NCBI GenBank assembly: GCA_044230355.1
Contig: JBGARD010000007.1
Location: 1,126 to 65,125, forward strand
Reading direction: 5' to 3'
DNA: 64,000 nt
DNA from: Usitatibacteraceae bacterium
Lineage (GTDB): Bacteria > Pseudomonadota > Gammaproteobacteria > Burkholderiales > Usitatibacteraceae
How positions within the stretch are numbered: the first letter of the stretch is position 1; each line of letters starts with the position of its first letter. Below are positions 49,707 through 64,000 of this stretch, one piece after another. The notes under the pieces are model-generated. The model saw only the letters and a program-made list of their open reading frames with translations. It ran no database searches and was not told where the DNA came from. A program made the position numbers and the translations under genes.

Positions 49707-49810
49707 TCCAGTATCGGCGGGCGCCCGCGACCAGGCTTCCCGCCCCTCGAGGGGGAAACGGCCCCCTCACCCGAAGCCCCGCCCCCGTTTCCGGGGCCGG
49801 GGCGCGTTCT

Positions 49811-50761
49811 TCACTCCACGAAGAGCGAGCTCACCGAGCTCTCCTCGCAGATCCTTCGCATGGTCTCGGCGAGCAGCTCCGAGACGCTGATCTGGCGGAT
49901 CTTCTTGCAGGCCTCCGCCTCCGGCCTGAGCGGGATGGTGTCCGTCACCACCAGCTCGTCGATCACCGAAGCCTCGAGGCGGCTCACGGCCGGCCCCGAG
50001 AGCACCGGGTGCGTGCAGTAGGCCACCACGCGCACGGCGCCGTGCTCCTTCAGCGCCCGGGCGGCCTCGCAGAGCGTGTTGGCCGTGTCGACCATGTCGT
50101 CCATGATCACGCACGTGCGCCCGTCGACGTCGCCGATGATGTTCATCACCGTGGCCACGTTGGGCCGCGGCCGGCGCTTGTCGATGATCGCCAGGTCGCT
50201 CTCGAGCCTCTTCGCGATCGCCCTCGCCCGCACCACCCCGCCCACGTCGGGCGAGACCACCACCAGGTCCCTGTACCCGTGCTTCCACAGGTCGCCCAGC
50301 AGGATCGGCGTCGCGTAGACGTTGTCCACCGGGATGTCGAAGAACCCCTGGATCTGGTCCGCGTGCAGGTCCATCGTGAGCACGCGGTTCACTCCCGCGG
50401 TGGTGAGCATGTTGGCCACCACCTTGGCCGAGATCGCCACCCGCGCGCTCCTCGGGCGCCGGTCCTGCCGGGCGTAGCCGAAGTAGGGCATCGCCGCGGT
50501 GATCCTGGCGGCGCTGGAACGGCGCAGCGCGTCCACCATGATCATCAGTTCCATCAGCGTGTCGTTGGTCGGCGCGCAGGTCGACTGCAGCACGAACACG
50601 TCCTTGCCGCGGACGTTCTCGAGCAGCTCGACCATGATCTCGCCGTCGCTGAACGTCGAGACGCTAGCCTTGCCCAGCTGCACGTTCAGGTGGCGGGCCA
50701 CCTTCTGCGCGAGCTTCGGGTTGGCGTTGCCCGTCATCACCATCAGGTTGTCGAAAGGCAT
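49811..50761 (-). CDS. prs: ribose-phosphate pyrophosphokinase
   Basis: 316 aa with [10 protein letters not shown] and the PRPP loop DDMVDTANT. Confidence 0.96.
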   Translation of the reverse strand: MPFDNLMVMTGNANPKLAQKVARHLNVQLGKASVSTFSDGEIMVELLENVRGKDVFVLQSTCAPTNDTLMELMIMVDALRRSSAARITAAMPYFGYARQDRRPRSARVAISAKVVANMLTTAGVNRVLTMDLHADQIQGFFDIPVDNVYATPILLGDLWKHGYRDLVVVSPDVGGVVRARAIAKRLESDLAIIDKRRPRPNVATVMNIIGDVDGRTCVIMDDMVDTANTLCEAARALKEHGAVRVVAYCTHPVLSGPAVSRLEASVIDELVVTDTIPLRPEAEACKKIRQISVSELLAETMRRICEESSVSSLFVE

Positions 50762-50798
50762 CGCGCTCTAGGTCCCGATTCGCCGTGCAACGAAAATT

Positions 50799-50875
50799 TG
50801 GCAGGGGAGGAAGGATTCGAACCTTCGAATGCTGGAATCAAAATCCAGTGCCTTAACCAACTTGGCGACTCCCCT
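50799..50875 (-). tRNA. tRNA-Gln (anticodon TTG)
   Basis: Sense strand is AGGGGAGTCGCCAAGTTGGTTAAGGCACTGGATTTTGATTCCAGCATTCGAAGGTTCGAATCCTTCCTCCCCTGCCA. It resembles E. coli tRNA-Gln and lies between ispE and prs. Confidence 0.9.
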
Positions 50876-50917
50876 TGCGCCCGCGCCCTGCGCCTTCCGG
50901 CCGCGGGTGATACCCCT

Positions 50918-51769
50918 CTAAAGGTCGCGCAAGGGATGCTGCCCGAGGCCCCGCGCGACGAATCCCTTCATGTGCCCGGGGAGCTCTTCCAGAACCCTCT
51001 CGGCAGAGGCCTGGTCCCCGAACCTGGCAAAGACGCACGCGCCGGACCCCGTGAGCCGCCCCCCGCCATGGCCCGAAAGCCACTCGAGGTGCTCGCGGAC
51101 TGCGGGGTACCGGGCTGCCACGACCGCTTCCAGGTCGTTCCGCAAGGCCGCAAAGATTCCTGCGTGCGCCGAAAAGTCTTCCATTTTAAGGGGTTCCGTA
51201 TCACGGGTCAATTCGGGCGCCCCGAAGATCTCGGCGGTCGGCACCGCCACCGGGGGCACCAGGACCAGGTACCAGGCCGGGGGCAGGTCCAGGGGGGCCA
51301 GGCGCTCGCCCACCCCCTCGACCCAGGCATTGCGGCCGAAGACGAAGAAGGGCACGTCGGCGCCGAGCTTCGCCCCGATTTCCTGCAGCCGCGCCCGGGG
51401 CAGCCCCGTGCCCCAGAGCCGGTTGAGGACGAGGAGCGTGGTGGCCGCGTCCGAGCTGCCCCCACCCACTCCCCCGCCGAGCGGCAGGCGCTTGTCGACC
51501 TCGATGTCGGCGCCCAGCGCCGTCCGCGTCTCGGCCTTGAGCGCTCGCGCCGCCCGCACCACGAGGTCGGATTCCGCCGGTACCCCCGGCAGGTCGCTCA
51601 CGCGCCGGATCTCCCCGTCCTCCCGGACGGCGAAGCGAAGCCGGTCCGCCGCGTCGACGAGCGCGAAGGCGCTTTGCAGCAGGTGGTAGCCGTCCGCCCG
51701 CCTTCCCACCACGTGCAGGAAGAGGTTGAGCTTGGCCGGCGCGGGGTAGTCGGGGCCTTCCAGTCGCAT
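50918..51769 (-). CDS. ispE: 4-diphosphocytidyl-2-C-methyl-D-erythritol kinase
   Basis: 283 aa with PAPAKLNLFLHV and the GHMP motif PLGGGVGGGSSDAA. Confidence 0.93.
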   Translation of the reverse strand: MRLEGPDYPAPAKLNLFLHVVGRRADGYHLLQSAFALVDAADRLRFAVREDGEIRRVSDLPGVPAESDLVVRAARALKAETRTALGADIEVDKRLPLGGGVGGGSSDAATTLLVLNRLWGTGLPRARLQEIGAKLGADVPFFVFGRNAWVEGVGERLAPLDLPPAWYLVLVPPVAVPTAEIFGAPELTRDTEPLKMEDFSAHAGIFAALRNDLEAVVAARYPAVREHLEWLSGHGGGRLTGSGACVFARFGDQASAERVLEELPGHMKGFVARGLGQHPLRDL

Positions 51770-51773
51770 CGCG

Positions 51774-52283
51774 CTAGTACGGCCCCGGCCGGTATTCGTC
51801 GACGACGAGCTTCACGACCACGTCGCCCTGCGAGGCCGTGATGCGTCGCGCGAGCTCCCGGTCGCCGATGCGCTGGGCCTCGTCGATCGAGACCTCCCAG
51901 CCGCCCGGGCCCGGCAGCGGCCGGCCGTGCAGCCAGGCGACGAGGAGTCGCTCGTCGAGGGCAGCGCCGAGCAGGTTTTCCGTGAGGTCGGCGAAGCTCG
52001 TCGCCGAGACCGGGGCGGCGCCGGGCCGGTAGGCCACGAGCCCTTCGGGCCGGCGCTCGATGCGCGCCACTTCCGTTCCCACCGGCGTGGCGAGCACCCA
52101 GGTGTCGGCCCAGGGGCCGTGGCTCCAGCGCAGGCGCAGGATCTCGCCGCGGCCGGAATGCGCCACCGAAAGGCGCCCGCCCATCTCGAAGGCCGAAGGC
52201 AGGCCGTCGAGCGGGATCGCGGCCGGGGGCACGGCGGCGCAGGAGGCCACGAGCAGCGCGGCCAGCAGGGCGAGGCGGGTCAC
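51774..52283 (-). CDS. lolB: outer-membrane lipoprotein LolB
   Basis: GTG start. Lipobox LLVASC. The size of about 169 aa and the position between the TPR protein and ispE are typical of lolB. Confidence 0.78.
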   Translation of the reverse strand: MTRLALLAALLVASCAAVPPAAIPLDGLPSAFEMGGRLSVAHSGRGEILRLRWSHGPWADTWVLATPVGTEVARIERRPEGLVAYRPGAAPVSATSFADLTENLLGAALDERLLVAWLHGRPLPGPGGWEVSIDEAQRIGDRELARRITASQGDVVVKLVVDEYRPGPY

Positions 52284-52315
52284 GGCGGGGCTCGGAGGAA
52301 GGCCGCGGCCTCCCC

Positions 52316-53989
52316 CTACCGGGGCTCGAACTTCTGGATCACCGCGAGCAGCGTCTCGTGGTCGGGATGGTCGGACAGCGCCGTCTTCCAGACCCGGCTC
52401 GCCTCGTCCTTGCGGCCGAGCTTCCAGAGGACCTCGCCCAGGTGCGCGGCGATCTCCGGGTCGGGGCGCGCACTGTAGGCGAGCTTGAGGCTCTTGAGCG
52501 CCTCCTCGAGCTGGCCCCGCCGGTAGTAGACCCATCCCTGGCTGTCGAGGATGAACGGGTCCTCGGGCGCGAGCTTCATCGCCTTGCCGATGAGCTCCTG
52601 GGCCTCCTCGAGGCGGTCCGTGCGGTCGGCGAGGGTGTAGCCGAGCGCGTTGTAGGCGTGCGCGTAGTCGGGCTTCAACTCGATCACGCGGCGCAGGTCC
52701 GCTTCCAGCACGTCGAGGCGGTCGACGCGCTCGGCCGCCATCGCGCGGTCGTAGAGGAGCTCGAAGGAATCGGGGAAGCGCTCCACGGCCTTGTTGAGCA
52801 CGTCGTACGTGTCCTGCCACGCCTTGGCGTCGCGCAGCAGCTGCGCCTCGATCTGGACCATCTGGATGCGCTCTTCCTGCGTGCGCGCCTCGATGCCCTG
52901 CAGGTAGGCGCGGCCCTTCGCGAGGCCGTCGCGCTTGGAGATGAGCGTGGCGATGCGCATCTGGGCCCGCAGGCGGTCGCCCGCGTCGACCTTGTGGTAC
53001 CAGTCGAGCGCCTCGTCGGGGTGCTTGGCGAGCTCGGCGGCCTGGCCGAGGCCCAGGTACACGGCGCCGGGATCGGGGTGCCCGAGCCCCAGCGCGCGCC
53101 GGAAGGCGCTTTCGGCTTCGGCGGCATCCTCGAGCTGCAGCGAAAGCAGGCCGATCGCGTAGGGAACCTGCGGATCCGATCCCGACAGCCGCTCCACGGC
53201 CTTGAATTCGCGCCTCGCGTCGGCATTGCGCCGCGCGGCGGCGTACTCGCGGGCGAGCTGCTGGCGCACCTCCCTCGAATCGGGATAGCGCTCGACCCAG
53301 GACTGGTAGAACGCGATCGACTCGTCGGCCGAGGCGCTCTTCCTCAGGGCCTGGGCGTGCAGGATCGCCCCCTGCGACCAGCCGGGCTTCATCGCCAGCA
53401 CGGCGGTCGACTCGATCTTCGCGAGGTCTTCCTGGCCCGCGACGAGCGCGGCCACGCCGATGGCATAGTGCGCCTCGGCGAGCTTCGGGTAGGGGGCCGC
53501 GATGGCGCGCGTGGCCTCCAGCACCGCGGCCTTGTCGGGGTACTTGCCGAAGAAGTAGGCGAGCTGGGTGAAGAGCAGGGCCTTGTCCTGGCCCTTGTCC
53601 ACGTACTCGCCGATGATCGCGCGCGCCTTGGGGACGTCGCCGCGGCTGGCGAGGAGCGAGGACACCAGGTCGCGCCCCAGCGTGGACTCGGGCTCGAGCT
53701 CCACCAGCAGCACCGCCATGTCGAGCGCCGGCTCCAGGGCCCGCGCGCGGATGGCGAGCTCGACGGCGCGGCGCGCGATCGCGGGGTCGCGAAGCTCGCG
53801 CGCGAGCCGGCCCATCGTGGCCACCGCGCCCTCCGCGTCCCCGCGCTGGGCCGCCATTTCCGCGGAGAGGAACTCCGCGATGAGAGCCTCACGGTTGGGC
53901 GGCGAGCGCCTGCCTTCCTGCGCGTGCGCCAAGGGCGCGAACGCCGCCACGGACAGTGCCACCGCCAGTATTGCCAGGCCCTTCGCCAT
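52316..53989 (-). CDS. periplasmic tetratricopeptide-repeat protein
   Basis: 557 aa from MAKGLAILAVALSVAAFAPLAHAQ (signal peptide). It has many TPR-like Ala/Leu/Tyr repeats. The upstream 310 aa of the 867-aa track ORF are rejected. Confidence 0.8.
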   Translation of the reverse strand: MAKGLAILAVALSVAAFAPLAHAQEGRRSPPNREALIAEFLSAEMAAQRGDAEGAVATMGRLARELRDPAIARRAVELAIRARALEPALDMAVLLVELEPESTLGRDLVSSLLASRGDVPKARAIIGEYVDKGQDKALLFTQLAYFFGKYPDKAAVLEATRAIAAPYPKLAEAHYAIGVAALVAGQEDLAKIESTAVLAMKPGWSQGAILHAQALRKSASADESIAFYQSWVERYPDSREVRQQLAREYAAARRNADARREFKAVERLSGSDPQVPYAIGLLSLQLEDAAEAESAFRRALGLGHPDPGAVYLGLGQAAELAKHPDEALDWYHKVDAGDRLRAQMRIATLISKRDGLAKGRAYLQGIEARTQEERIQMVQIEAQLLRDAKAWQDTYDVLNKAVERFPDSFELLYDRAMAAERVDRLDVLEADLRRVIELKPDYAHAYNALGYTLADRTDRLEEAQELIGKAMKLAPEDPFILDSQGWVYYRRGQLEEALKSLKLAYSARPDPEIAAHLGEVLWKLGRKDEASRVWKTALSDHPDHETLLAVIQKFEPR

Positions 53990-54148
53990 CAATCCGCTCT
54001 CCCGCCGCTGTGACACGCCTTTTGCGCCCGCCCATGATAGAACTTTTCGGACAGCCCGCCGCTGCGCCCGCCGTCCCGGTTGGACAGCGCCGCGCGCCGT
54101 AGGTTTGCGCCCGTGGCCTATAATCGACCGGCAAGAACCCCCTTCCCC

Positions 54149-54957
54149 ATGCCGGAACTTCCCGAAGTCGAGACGACCCGCCTGGGTCTCGTCCCCAGAG
54201 TCGTGGGCCAGCGCATCCGCGAGGTCGTGGTGCGCGAGCCGCGCCTTCGCTGGCCCGTGCCGCGGGGCCTCGCCTCGCGCCTGCGCGGCGAGCGCGTGCG
54301 CGGCATCCGGCGCCGGGGCAAGTACCTGCTCTTCGAGATCGGCGACGGCCACCTCCTCGTGCACCTGGGCATGTCGGGCACCCTTACGGTCGTCCCCGCC
54401 GGCAGTCCCGCGCGCCGCCACGACCACGTGGATATCGAACTGGTCAGCGGCGACATCGTCCGCCTGAACGACCCGCGCCGATTCGGGGCGATGCTGTGGG
54501 TGCGCGACCCCGGGCGGCACGCGCTGCTTGCCGGGCTGGGCGTGGAGCCCTTCGACGAGGCCTTCTGCGGCGAGTACCTGCACCGCCTCTCGCGCGGCCG
54601 GCGCGCGCCGGTGAAGTCGTTCCTCATGGACGCCCGCGTGGTGACGGGCATCGGCAACATCTACGCGAACGAGTCGCTCTTCGCCGCGCGCATCCATCCG
54701 TCGCGGCCCGCCGGCCGCATCTCGCCGGGCCGCTTCGAGCGCCTCGCGGGCGAAGCCCGCGCCACCCTTTCCCGCGCCCTCGCCGCCGGCGGCAGCACGC
54801 TGCGGGACTTCGTGGGCGCCGGTGGCGAGCCCGGCCACTTCCAGCTCGAGTACGCCGTCTACGGCCGCGAGGGCGAGCCGTGCCCGGCCTGCGGCCAGGC
54901 CGTCCGCGCCGGCCGCCACGCGGGCCGTGCCTCCTTCTTCTGCGCCTCGTGCCAGCG

Positions 54958-54961
<4 letters not shown>
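54149..54961 (+). CDS. mutM: formamidopyrimidine-DNA glycosylase
   Basis: Starts MPELPEVE (catalytic Pro2). Contains an H2TH region and the C-terminal zinc finger CPACG...FFCASCQ. Confidence 0.93.
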
Positions 54962-59979
<5,018 letters not shown>

Positions 59980-59983
<4 letters not shown>

Positions 59984-60891
59984 GTACCTGGCTGCGCGTT
60001 CACCGGCTGGCCCTGGCCGACGCCGCGCGCCGCCTGGGGGCGCAGCCGCTCGCGAGCGTCGTCGCGATCGCCGTCATCGCCCTGGCGGCGGCGCTGCCCA
60101 TCCTCGCCTCGGCGCTCGTGCAGAGCGTGGCCCGCGCGACCTCGGGCCTCGACACCGACCCGCACGTGAACGTGTTCCTCGCCCTGGACGCCACCGACGA
60201 GGACGTGCGCAGGGTCGAAACCGCCCTGAAGGCCCACGCGGAGACCGCCTCGGTGCGCTTCGTGCCGCGCGCGAAGGCCCTCGAGGAGCTCAAGGCCACC
60301 TCGCACCTGGCCGAGCTCCTGGCCAACCTGGACCGCAATCCCCTGCCGCACGCCTTTTCCGTCCGCACGAAGTCGAGCGACGCCACCCGGCTCGCGGCCG
60401 CCCGGGCCGACTGGGCGAAGCTCGCCAAGGTCGAGCAGGTCTCGGCCGAGTTCGAGTGGGCCGAGAAGGTGTCGCTCTGGACGAGCTTCGCCGGCCGGGC
60501 GCTGGCGGCCCTCGCCCTCGTCCTCGCCGCGGCCGTGCTCTTCATCGTCGGCCACCTGATCCGGCTGCAGGTCGTGACCATGAAGGACGAGATCGAGGTG
60601 AGCCAGCTCATCGGCGCCACCGCCTCCGACGTCCGGCGCCCCTTCCTGTACCACGGCCTGCTCCAGGGCCTGGCCGCGGGGCTGGCGGCCGTGGGGCTCG
60701 CGGCCCTCATCGTGGCCTGGCTGAACGCCGAGCTGTCAGCGCTCACTTCGTCCTATGCCTATGAATTCAAAATAGTCTTCATGGACTTCAGCGCCATGGC
60801 CTGGGTGGTGCTGGCGGTGGCCGGCCTGGGGGTCTCGGGGGCCTGGTTTTCGGTCTCCCGCGAGTTGAGGCGCTTCGCGCCCCGCGCCTGA
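59980..60891 (+). CDS. ftsX: cell-division ABC transporter permease FtsX
   Basis: GTG start overlapping the ftsE stop. There are 4 TM segments and a periplasmic domain. Its position after ftsY-ftsE supports the call. Confidence 0.88.
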
Positions 60892-60910
60892 AGGGAACCC
60901 CAAGGGGGGC

Positions 60911-60937
60911 TTAGCACTCCAAGATCGCGAGTGCTAA
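60911..60937 (+). terminator. stem-loop between ftsX and rpoH (weak terminator or rpoH leader element)
   Basis: ttagcactc-caagatcgc-gagtgctaa forms a 9-bp perfect stem. It is followed by aattccctttt. Confidence 0.35.
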
Positions 60938-60962
60938 AATTCCCTTTTAGGAGAAAAGCCAG

Positions 60963-61814
<852 letters not shown>

Positions 61815-61821
61815 ATTTTCT

Positions 61822-61841
61822 CCCTCTCCCTTGGGAGAGGG
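61822..61841. repeat. REP-like hairpin, third copy of the family seen at 8167-8219
   Basis: ccctctccc-tt-gggagaggg followed by ccggggtgagg, between convergent rpoH and the SCO gene. Confidence 0.55.
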
Positions 61842-61853
61842 CCGGGGTGAGGC

Positions 61854-62450
61854 TCAGGAATTGAGCAGGATCCGGAAGTCCGAGGCGATCTTCTCGCCCG
61901 GCGTCCCGTAGGCGAGCATCAGGCGAAGCCGCCCCTTCGCGTCGAAGACGAGCGACTGCGCCGAGTGGTCGACCGTGTACGACTCCGGGGTCTTGCCCGG
62001 GCGCTCGGCGGCGTAGATCTTGAAGTCCTTCGTCACCTTGGCCGTGGCGGCCGCGTCGCCGTGAAGGCCCAGGAAGGTGGGATTGAAGGCCGGCACGTAA
62101 TCGCGCAGCAGTTCCGGCGTATCGCGCTTCGGGTCCAGGGTCACGAAGAGCACCTGCACGCGCGGCGCGTCGGGCCCGAGGATCTGCAGGGCCTTCGCCA
62201 TGTCCGAAAGCGTCGTGGGGCACACGTCGGGGCAGTGCGTGTAGCCGAAGAAGAGGGCGACCACCTTGCCGCGGAAGTCCGCGAGCGAGCGCGGCGTGCC
62301 GTTGTGGTCCGTGAGCCGGAAGTCGGGCCCGAGGTCCGAGCCCGTGATGTCCACGCCGTTGAAGGGCGTCGCCGATCCGGGCAGCAGCTTGTCGCAGCCG
62401 GCCGCCGCGAAGGCGGCAAGCGCGAGGCCCAGCAGCTCGCGGCGCCTCAT
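61854..62450 (-). CDS. SCO1/SenC family copper chaperone
   Basis: 198 aa from [19 protein letters not shown] (lipoprotein- or TAT-like signal). Contains [19 protein letters not shown] overlap with ctaB. Confidence 0.88.
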   Translation of the reverse strand: MRRRELLGLALAAFAAAGCDKLLPGSATPFNGVDITGSDLGPDFRLTDHNGTPRSLADFRGKVVALFFGYTHCPDVCPTTLSDMAKALQILGPDAPRVQVLFVTLDPKRDTPELLRDYVPAFNPTFLGLHGDAAATAKVTKDFKIYAAERPGKTPESYTVDHSAQSLVFDAKGRLRLMLAYGTPGEKIASDFRILLNS

Positions 62451-63349
62451 CGCCACCCCGCCAGGGGCAGGTAGTGGTCCACCATGAGCGCCGCGAAGAG
62501 GAGCGCCAGGTAGAGGATCGAGTACTTGAACGTGCGCTTGGCGAGCGAGTCCGTGTAGGCGAGCCAGATCGCCACCGCGTAGACGAGGAACATCGCGTCC
62601 AGGGCGAGGGCGCTGCCCAGGTAGAAAAGGCCCGCCATCCCCGTGGCGAACGGCAGCAGCGTCGTGGCCACCAGGATGATCGTGTAAAGGAGCAGGTGCA
62701 GGCGCGTGTAGGCCTCGCCGTGGGTGACGGGGAGCATCGGGATTCCCGCGCGCTCGTACTCGCGCCGCCGGTAGAGCGCCAGCGCCCAGAAGTGCGGCGG
62801 CGTCCAGGCGAAGATGATGAGGAAGAGCAGGAGCGGCTGGTAGGGAACCTCGCCCGTGATGGCCGCCCATCCCAGCACCGGGGGCATCGCCCCCGAGGCG
62901 CCGCCGATCACGATGTTCTGCGGCGTGGCGGGCTTGAGGACCACCGTGTACACGATCGCGTAACCCACGAAGGTCGCCAGCGTGAGCCACATCGTGAGCG
63001 GGTTCACCGCGTGCCAGAGGATCGCGAGCCCGAGGCCGCCGACCGCGCCCGACATGAGCAGGATCTGCGCCGTCGTGATCGAGCCCATCACCGTCGGGCG
63101 GCCGCGCGTCCGGGCCATCACCGCGTCCAGCTTCTGCTCCACGAGGCAGTTGAACGCGGCGGCCGCGCCTGCCACGAGCGCGATGCCCACCGTGCCGTAG
63201 ATCACCGGAATCGCGGGGGGAAGGCCCGGCGCGGCGAGCAGCATCCCGATCACGGCCGTGAAGACGATGAGCGAGACCACGCGCGGCTTCGTCAGGCGCC
63301 AGAACTGGCCGAGCACGTCCACCGCGCCCTGGATCGCATGTGCCGTCAT
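62447..63349 (-). CDS. ctaB: protoheme IX farnesyltransferase (heme O synthase)
   Basis: 300 aa, UbiA-fold polytopic protein with [19 protein letters not shown] and [10 protein letters not shown]. Confidence 0.93.
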   Translation of the reverse strand: MTAHAIQGAVDVLGQFWRLTKPRVVSLIVFTAVIGMLLAAPGLPPAIPVIYGTVGIALVAGAAAAFNCLVEQKLDAVMARTRGRPTVMGSITTAQILLMSGAVGGLGLAILWHAVNPLTMWLTLATFVGYAIVYTVVLKPATPQNIVIGGASGAMPPVLGWAAITGEVPYQPLLLFLIIFAWTPPHFWALALYRRREYERAGIPMLPVTHGEAYTRLHLLLYTIILVATTLLPFATGMAGLFYLGSALALDAMFLVYAVAIWLAYTDSLAKRTFKYSILYLALLFAALMVDHYLPLAGWR

Positions 63350-63441
63350 GGTTGGGAGACTCGCATCGCTTCCTTCATCCTCCGGTTTCCCGCCGCCGAT
63401 TCCGGCCGTGGCGGGAGGGCAATTATACCGTCACGGGACCC

Positions 63442-64000
63442 TCATCCCACCTGCGAGGCCTTGAGCAGGCGCTCGAGGTCCTTGAACATCCGGCGCGGCT
63501 CCGCGTCGGCCGGGAAGCGCATCATCACGTTCCCCAGGGGGTCGACCAGGTAGTAGTGGGCGCGGTCGTTCACGGGCGCGAGCGGAAGCGACGTCCCGGG
63601 CGGCGGGGTGATGGCGACCGTGCCCTCGAAGGGCGCCAGAGCTCCCGGCGCGAGCGCCACCGTGTCGTCGGCCACGAAGACGCGCTCCAGGCGCCCGGCG
63701 TTTCGCCCGAGCATGAGGCGCACCTGGCGCATCAGCGTGAGCTTCGCCGTGCACGTGTCCGGGCAGGCGCCGGAATCCGAGGCGACGAGCACCCACCGGC
63801 CGCGCAGCTGCGAAAAGCCGAACTCGCCCCCGCCCGTGCGCAGGAACCGCGTCGTGGTGACGGGCTGCGGCGGCCGGATGAGTTCGCCGTAGTTGGCGCT
63901 GCCTTCCGGGCGGAAGTAATGAAAGGCGACGAACGAGGCCACCATCGGCGCCGCGAAGAGCGCGATGATCGCCACGAGTTTCAGGCGGGGGTGCGCGATC
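63442..64000 (-). CDS. membrane-anchored SCO-like (thioredoxin-fold) protein associated with cytochrome oxidase biogenesis; 5' end probably beyond the window
   Basis: The track ORF 63442..63975 starts at a GTG, but the frame stays open to the window edge (…HPRLKLVAIIALFAAPMV). It has one TM helix, then RGRWVLVASDSGACPDTC, which resembles the SCO CxxxC block. Confidence 0.55.
   Translation of the reverse strand, partial: IAHPRLKLVAIIALFAAPMVASFVAFHYFRPEGSANYGELIRPPQPVTTTRFLRTGGGEFGFSQLRGRWVLVASDSGACPDTCTAKLTLMRQVRLMLGRNAGRLERVFVADDTVALAPGALAPFEGTVAITPPPGTSLPLAPVNDRAHYYLVDPLGNVMMRFPADAEPRRMFKDLERLLKASQVG

Noticed and set aside
53990-54919. The upstream 310-aa extension of the TPR protein ORF (52316..54919).
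   Set aside because: The extension runs antisense through mutM. A signal peptide begins at MAKGLAIL (53989), so that is the start I used.

Overview
High-GC chromosomal segment (about two-thirds G+C by eye, not computed). Gene content and order look betaproteobacterial: a Neisseria-type porin, rpe-gph-trpEGDC, glyQS-gmhB-plsC-gloA, ispE-tRNA(Gln)-prs-rplY-pth-ychF, and amgK-murU divergent from lptD-surA-pdxA-rsmA. I support about 70 protein-coding genes, 2 tRNAs (Met-CAT, Gln-TTG), several rho-independent terminators, a few promoter-like elements and a small REP-like hairpin family. I saw no rRNA, CRISPR array, transposase, integrase or phage genes, so this reads as core chromosome rather than an accessory island. 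All product calls come from recognising motifs in the supplied translations, because no database search was possible. Many long ORFs in the six-frame track are antisense or out-of-frame artefacts of the high GC and are not reported. I do not see a convincing multi-gene novel system. The items most worth a second look are: (1) a solitary dynamin-like GTPase translationally coupled to mutM; (2) a perfect 54-bp palindrome placed symmetrically between two divergent gene starts; (3) an apparent frameshift in a C-run inside the normally essential lptD; (4) a 16-codon ORF with three Trp codons just upstream of trpE; (5) secreted proteases around miaB, namely a 900-aa Zn-metalloprotease inserted as its own transcription unit into the conserved miaB-ybeZ-ybeY-corC-lnt cluster, and an S8 peptidase plus Cys-containing lipoprotein next to tRNA-Met; (6) a recurrent TGCTAGAAT extended -10 motif, and three genes whose -10 box lies exactly 7 nt from the ATG, suggesting leaderless mRNAs.
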